A DNA stretch of 64,000 nucleotides, taken from positions 248,001 to 312,000 of the forward strand of contig NW_026781969.1 in assembly GCF_031769215.1 (NCBI RefSeq). Direction: 5' to 3'. The notes beneath the pieces were generated by a model. It did not search any database. It was not told where the DNA came from and saw only the letters and a program-made list of their open reading frames with translations. Shown here in pieces: positions 45,649 to 64,000 of this stretch. The translations under genes were made by a program, and so were the position numbers. The DNA is from Ylistrum balloti (taxonomy: Eukaryota). Each line of letters starts with the position of its first letter. Position 1 is the first letter of the stretch.

Positions 45649-46533
45649 GTATGTTTCATATATTCAAATGAATTCGTATTTTTCTTTTGGATTTGCGTTC
45701 TTTAGATTTCGCATAACAAGATTCAGTTAGTAGCTTTCATGGTATTCTCAAGGCGGTTGGCAGAAACTGACCGGTTGATTAATGTTAGTTAATTAGCAAT
45801 TACCTTGTAACATGATATGTGATAAGATCACATGAAGTCGATGGATGCTTAAAATCAGAAACACAAGCCTTTGGTTGACTTTTACAGCTGACTATAAAAT
45901 ATAAACAACCATATAACAAGAAAGTATCAGTAAAGGAGTTTTGCTTATATGTTCGCGATTTTATCGCAACGAAGACCCATCCCAAATCATAGTCAATAGG
46001 TAATTAAGTCATATATAGAAAAGTCATGTACATGTGGATGAATATGGATGATCTAATTCTGCTCCAGATTGAAAGAAGATGGCTATTTTCCAAACTTAGG
46101 CAGCTGAATTCCCCCCCCCCCCCCACCACATTGATTGCTAATTAAAGGAAAAAATTATATATTAGCATAGCTTCTGTTGTCCACAAAAATTGACAAGTAA
46201 TAGACTTATAGCAGACATCAACATTCTATCTTGAAGTCTGTTAGTTTTAGCAGTAAACTGTGAGGTTTTGAAAATAATGAAAACCTAAAGCAATAAATTT
46301 GTATTCATAAAAGCTGTTGTGAAATAAGGAGGGTACATTGCATGGAATACTTGAAACTTTGACCATTGTAACTTGTAGTAATTAATATATAATATATATA
46401 TATGTATAAATAATGTATCATTTTTGTTGCTATAAACAGAAGAGACATAAAATTCTGGAAATGATATTGATATTTCAGGTTAAACAAACTGGGTATTGAG
46501 ATGGAGTAAAGCAACAGTTTTACAACTGGAGTC

Positions 46534-58201
<11,668 letters not shown>

Positions 58202-61200
58202 ACAGTGTTCACCATTAATAGATACTTGTTATACAGTAGATATTTATTAAGGAGTAGCAATATTTAAAACATGGAATGTCCAATTTCTGTAGTCAGACTT
58301 TGAAAACATCCAGTAGCTATATTGATAACTGAACAAATACCAGATATTTTGTTATCAAGAATATAATTTTTATCAAGTAGCATACCTGGCAAGCGTTTTG
58401 TATCGTATAAGAATTTTGACCTCCTTACATGTACTTTCCAGGATTTGTTCTACTGGTGCTGAAGTACAGTGTTTTATAAATCATTTCATTAAACATTGTT
58501 TCTCTAATATGAGTTTTTTAGACACATGAAATGGAATTCATTGATCTTCAGTGTACTTTCTGAGTAACTGTTCTGTAGATCTAGATGTATTGGTAATTTA
58601 GAAATGGCATCAGTATTAATATTGACTCTTACTTATTGAGAGTTTTTGACAAGTACACTTCAACATTTATCATAATTACATATTTTTATAAATGCCGTAA
58701 CATTTCAGGAAACAGATTGTGCTAGGATTATAACACATTACTTAAACATCTAGGGAGGATTTAATGCTGTAATAAAGTTGGATCAACTTCCAGTTTCTAA
58801 CTTTCCCAGATTTTATCATCAAACCATGTTCTCAACAATTACAGATAATATTAATTATACCACACCTTTTAACATTCCCAAAACAGACTATATTTATTAA
58901 ACCACACCTCTAAACATTCCAAAGAGACTATATTTAATACCTGGTATACTACACCTTTTAACATTCCCGAAACAGACTATAGTCGTTATTGTTGTCTTCA
59001 TTCTTGATATTTTTTGTTACAAATGTATTTCAATTGAAATTCATATAAATAAAACATGCAAAAAAAAAAAAAAAAAAAAAATAAGTTTACAGTATGCCAA
59101 AGTTATTGTACTTTCTACATGTATGTACCAGACCATGTCATTGTTGTAGATTACTGTAGACTGTGTTAAAGAGAGAAGATTTGAAATGTTTCAAAGATGT
59201 GCTTTCAAAATGTTTATTTATCTTGCTGATTAAGATTCTGTGTCTTATTACTTAGATAAGTTGTTGAATCATCTACTTAACACATTGTCTTCAAACTTGT
59301 GTGACAAGACTGTGATACTTTTGTGAAAATATATTTTATTCCACTCATAACATTTTGTCTGCTTTTCACTGTATCTACTGTACTGCTAATTGCAATTTGA
59401 TGTACGTTATTGATTTGTATTGATTTTAAAACAAAAAAAGCTTGGATCCAATTTTTCCATTCCGTCCAGACAGAGACGCATATACGTCTCTGGGTCCAGA
59501 TGATATCACATATTCAGATACATTCCTTTGTGAAAATACTGTGATTCCCCCTACATTATATATCATATTTAAAGGTTTTTGATCTGCTATGGGAAAACTT
59601 TTAGTTTCTGTTGAGAATGGTGAAACTAAAGCGACTTGTTCCTTTTTTACTTGATGTTTTTGTTGTATTTCACAAACAGTCAAACCTGTCTATGACAACC
59701 ACCCAGAGAACCAGTAGAAATTGATTGCTTTAAACAGGGGGGCGTTATATGGTCAACATCATACTTTTTCATGCGCATAACCTATAAGATCAATTAATAC
59801 AAAGTTGACATTTCATTTCTGATGTAATGAATGTGGTGTATATGATTGTATAAAATGCTTGTTTTACTACATGTTTATGTTGTGTCTTTATCTTACATAC
59901 ATTTTATGTTCATGAGCTGTGTATATAGATATTTGTGCCGTGATGGTAAAACAGTGTATGTTTGTGATCTGTGTATAGTTTTAAACATTCCTTTATGACA
60001 TGGCTTCTACAGCTTCATTTCTCTATTAAAATGTGGTCACTTTGATAGATGTTGTTATATATATAAAGCAGCGATGTATTTATTCTCTCCTTTGTGTCAA
60101 GGATAACTTGGAATGTATGAACGGTAAATGCATGGGATAAATCACGAAGCCTGTTCAGATAGAGGCTTCTGTGACCTGATGTGACCTCTAAGGGCAGAGG
60201 GTTGAAGCCTTAACTAAATTAGTCTACCCAAATATATACATATCTTGTCCTTGAGGAAACACATCATGTCCATTTCTTTTCTGAAAGTTTTGTTGATATC
60301 TATGGAGATGTTATGATATTTGACACCTAAATGTAAGGCTGATCATTAAGTATAGCATGTCATTATGGATTGGTTTTTCACAGAAGTATTTACACATTCT
60401 GTTATCAAACCGCTATGACAAAATGTGAATCAGAATTTAACATGTTTGGTGTAAACCATTAAAAAGTCAAATGAATAAGGAGTTTCTCTATCAAACGCAT
60501 AATGTGGCTTCTCTGGTTAAGAGAGTGTTGCTACATGAACATATACACAAATCTATCAAAAGAAACTTTTGTGGGACATAGATCAATTTAATGCTGTTAT
60601 GTTCACAATTCTGTGATTCATTTTATTTTCTAATTCACAAGTTGGCAGAAATTATTCAGAGATGAAAAAAAATTCCTGAACTGATCCCAGATTTTAATAA
60701 ATATTTCAATACATTAGTAACTTGAAAAAATCAAAATAAACAAAACAAAGCCAATTCTGTTTTTATTTTCCTTTATTTACAGTATAATTTTATCTAAAAT
60801 GAACTTGACCTAGATAATAAAATTTGAATAACATAACAATACAGAGCTATGGATATAGCAAGAAGATTGTGAGCGTTGATATGGACGGAATGGTACCACA
60901 CTGTACAGAGGTGTGGTGACACAAGGCAAGGACACATAATACTGGCACAACTCAAATAGAACTGTACCTGATATTATGTAGAAAAAGCATGTTTATCTTG
61001 ATTGCAACTAGACAAACCATAAGAGAAATTTATAGAATCTCTTATTTGGTTGCAGATTTTACCAGTAACGATTACATTACCTAATCCCAAAATTACACAC
61101 CTGACATGATGACCTAAACAGCAAACCTTACAAAGCTCCAAAGATTGCACACCTATATAACTACATATAAGGTAGATTAATTAAGTGGTGTTAAATTCAC

Positions 61201-61738
61201 TATTGCACAATGGTTAATTCATGAACGATACAAATCTATCATTACAGCAATGTACATGTAAAGGTGTGCTCTATGAAAGATGTTAAAAAATTTAGGAATT
61301 TCAAAGTGTTATAGATACAAGGTAAAAAGTAATAAAATATTTGCTAGATATCAAAGTTATATAAAAATGATTAAATATAAGCATTTTAAAGAATATGGAG
61401 TCAGTTTGATAACTAAACACAAGGTATATAAAAACAAGAAAATATATAGAGAGTGAAATTGTTTCTCCAAGCTTCTATAAAGTTTATTTCATTAATATAT
61501 CTGTGGTTTTGAATTCTTACAGGTAACAATATAAGTACAATTACGTTTACTGTCAACCTAAAATTTTATGAACATATAGAGAAATCATGAAAGCAAAGCA
61601 TTGACATGAATGATGTTTATCAGGTACTTCATGCATTCATATTTGTTCATTAATGAACTATAAAAAAAGAGTAAAATTGATTTTCTAAAAATATGAATAG
61701 ATATAGGATATTTAATAGTGTCTTCAGTAATAAGTATA

Positions 61739-61826
61739 TTTCACTAGTGTGGCTAATATTTTGGTATCTTTCACGAGTGTGAAGCACGAGTGAATGATAT
61801 CAAAAATATTAGCCACACGAGTGAAA
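61739..61826. repeat. Long palindromic element (about 30-bp arms), probable Crypton-like/MITE insertion
   Basis: TTTCACTAGTGTGGCTAATATTTTGGTATC versus GATATCAAAAATATTAGCCACACGAGTGAAA, with inner CACGAGTG repeats. Confidence 0.75.
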
Positions 61827-63736
61827 AATATTACTTTTATCAGTTTGAGATATCCCTATATTTCTTTGCTAAAAATGTAATAAAAGATTTTATCTTAGGA
61901 CCTGTGTATTATATATTGGCTGAAGTAATAAAGCATTTACAACACAGTAAAACATGACACTGTTCATGTCACAAAGTTGAAAGACTTTCCCTCACTGCCA
62001 TTGTTGGACTTTGGACTTTTGGTGTGTAATTGCTTATGTCAAGGACATAACTTCGTATGTATGAATGTAAAATTGGAATGATGAATTTTTCTGTGCATTA
62101 CTGGACTTTTTTCCCTCGATTCAAAATCGGAAACAGAATGTGCAGAACTAGTCATGTTCATAGCTAATGTCTCAATATAAAGATTAGATGAATTTTCTGT
62201 GTACAACTATTTGTTCAGGATTTAGGTCCAAATGTAAAATCAGATGGATGAATTTTCTGTGTGTAGTCCAGTGTCAGTTATCTCCAGGTGGTTTGTGCAA
62301 TATATGTATGGACAGATGGCCCTTCTGTAACTGTTAACATTATGTAATGGTGTTCTGTCTCGGACATCTGTCCTGGTGATGAAGTCTAGTGATTGTATTT
62401 CCATCATAAACCAGCTGCTACAGTAGTACAGAGGATTTTTTTGTAGAAAAGAATCAAAACAGGCATAGAATGAAACAACTTTCTATCAATTAGATAAATA
62501 TGTATAAAAATAAATTAGAAATATAACAATTTTATGAGTTATGCAAGTTGGATGACTATGTTTCTTTTAAGGACAAACTAAAACAGGCTAAATAAAGATA
62601 AAATGAAAACAAATGAGTATAAACTAAGTCTTGTATAGTATAAGTCCTGTATCTATCATTTATCATCCCACCTGAGGAAACATGTTGTATCCTGTCTAAT
62701 CTGACCAAACACGATATGCAAATTTGTCATTGTGGTTCCACAGAAACTAGGTAAACTTGTTTATTCCTGATACTGAACATGGTAGAGATCAGATAAGTGG
62801 TTACATCTGTTCGTCCTCTGATAATGTTAACACTTAAAACATGCAACAATAAGGCAAAACGAAATGCATGTGGAACACTCCCTGAGTCATGTTGAACTCG
62901 ATAGAGGACCTTCATATAACAATACTATTTATAAAACCTTAGTCATTGGACCACCATGTTTATGTAAAAGCAGAGACAGGACCTCCTTATCATAAACAAC
63001 ACTATTTAAAAAACCTTTGACATAGGGACACCATGTTGATGTAAAACCAGAGACAGGACCTCCTTATCATAAACACAGGGACACTGCACAATTTCCCAAT
63101 CCATGATCCACATACACTATAATACATTGTGGGTTGAGAAAATGTGCCAAGTCCCTGTGACCTTGATCATGTGAAATTAAAACATGGCCTCTCTGTTATT
63201 GACAGTTCTAATGACAATACATTTACCAGGAAAATATCAGAATTATATTTGATATCCATATTGTTAATTATGATAATCCAGCTAGACAATATGAAACTCT
63301 TACACATCATGGATGTACTTATCTAGTATGTTTAATCCAAGGTGACTCATCAACTAAAACAGTTCATTTGAGTTGTATGTTTCATGTAAACAAAATCTGG
63401 GTGTTATAGATTAAACTAAAATAAAATAAAAATAAACAATAAAGAAAAACAAGAAATAAAAAACCCAAATGCCTTGCTACTTTTCTACATCTCCTTCATT
63501 TGCTTTTGACAGCCTTAAGAAAATTTGATGAAATTTTCCTTTCTGAGCTTTACTAAGAAAGACCTGAGAAATGGTAATTTTATAATCACAGTGTTTTTTT
63601 TTTATCTTTTTTCTATTTGTTGTTTTCCTGTAAGCACAGTGATAATTACTGAAGTTTCCCTACTGTACTTATAAACCAGTAAACACATTAGAATGAAGAA
63701 GGCACTACGTCCAGAGCTGGTCAATCAGAAAGCTCC

Positions 63737-63800
63737 TCATCTCTTGGCCTTAGACTTGGGGCGTTTCTTCTTCTTATCATCAGGCTCCCCTCCTATGGGT
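63737..63800 (-). CDS. Terminal coding exon of a gene extending beyond the window (xPIGGEPDDKKKKRPKSKAKR*)
   Basis: Acceptor TTTTACAG at 63801-63808 (minus), 1 nt plus 21 codons ending in TGA, followed by a long AT-rich 3' region. Protein not identifiable from this fragment. Confidence 0.6.
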
Positions 63801-63837
63801 CTGTAAAATATACATTTTTACATAGAATAATGACTGC

Positions 63838-64000
63838 GAGGGAAACATTCCCTGATTTTATTGAGAGGAATATGATGGAAATATTTCCTGATTTTATTGA
63901 GAGGAATATGAGGGAAACATTCCCTGATTTCATTGAGAGGAATATGAGGGAAACATTCCCTGATTTTATTGAGAGGAGTATAAGGGAACATTTCCTGATT
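63838..64000. repeat. 36-bp minisatellite, at least 4.5 copies, runs off the window
   Basis: Unit GAGGGAAACATTCCCTGATTTTATTGAGAGGAATAT; period measured 63838 to 63874. Confidence 0.92.

Noticed and set aside
59677-60070. MITE beginning CAGTCAAACCTGTC
   Set aside because: It resembles a TIR start but no matching right-hand TIR could be found.

Overview
AT-rich, intron-rich animal genomic DNA. It is most consistent with a bivalve mollusc, inferred from the repeat families and gene content, so most of the supplied six-frame ORFs are exon fragments or noise. I assembled exons by hand (GT-AG boundaries, phase continuity) into six protein-coding genes plus the last exon of a seventh. (1) The 3' part of a Zn-knuckle/vWA (Sec23/24-like, 'circularly permutated Ras protein 1-like') gene (+, 136-9818). 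(2) RPL36A (-, 12376-18121), head-to-head with (3) cytosolic thiolase ACAT2 (+, 18271-26462). (4) An uncharacterised type I membrane protein with SUEL-lectin-like and CUB-like domains (+, 31635-39198). (5) SNRPE/SmE (-, 40395-44016), whose first intron is U12-type. (6) Calcyphosin-2 CAPS2 (+, 46534-58201). (7) A terminal exon on the - strand at 63737-63800. Mobile DNA comprises a decayed full-length Tc1 (DD34E), HINE/Helentron-like elements, a tRNA-derived SINE, a tRNA-like relic and palindromic elements. The best leads are a duplicated ~180-nt H/ACA-snoRNA-like RNA in two RPL36A introns with structure-compatible substitutions; minisatellites built from splice junctions (tandem donors in CAPS2, tandem acceptors in the vWA gene); a Tc1 end offering an in-frame cryptic acceptor that would add a hydrophobic segment; and a 72-bp array holding 11 M-box/E-box sites upstream of the orphan receptor. 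I found no CRISPR, rRNA or intact tRNA, and no evidence strong enough to claim a wholly new multi-gene system.
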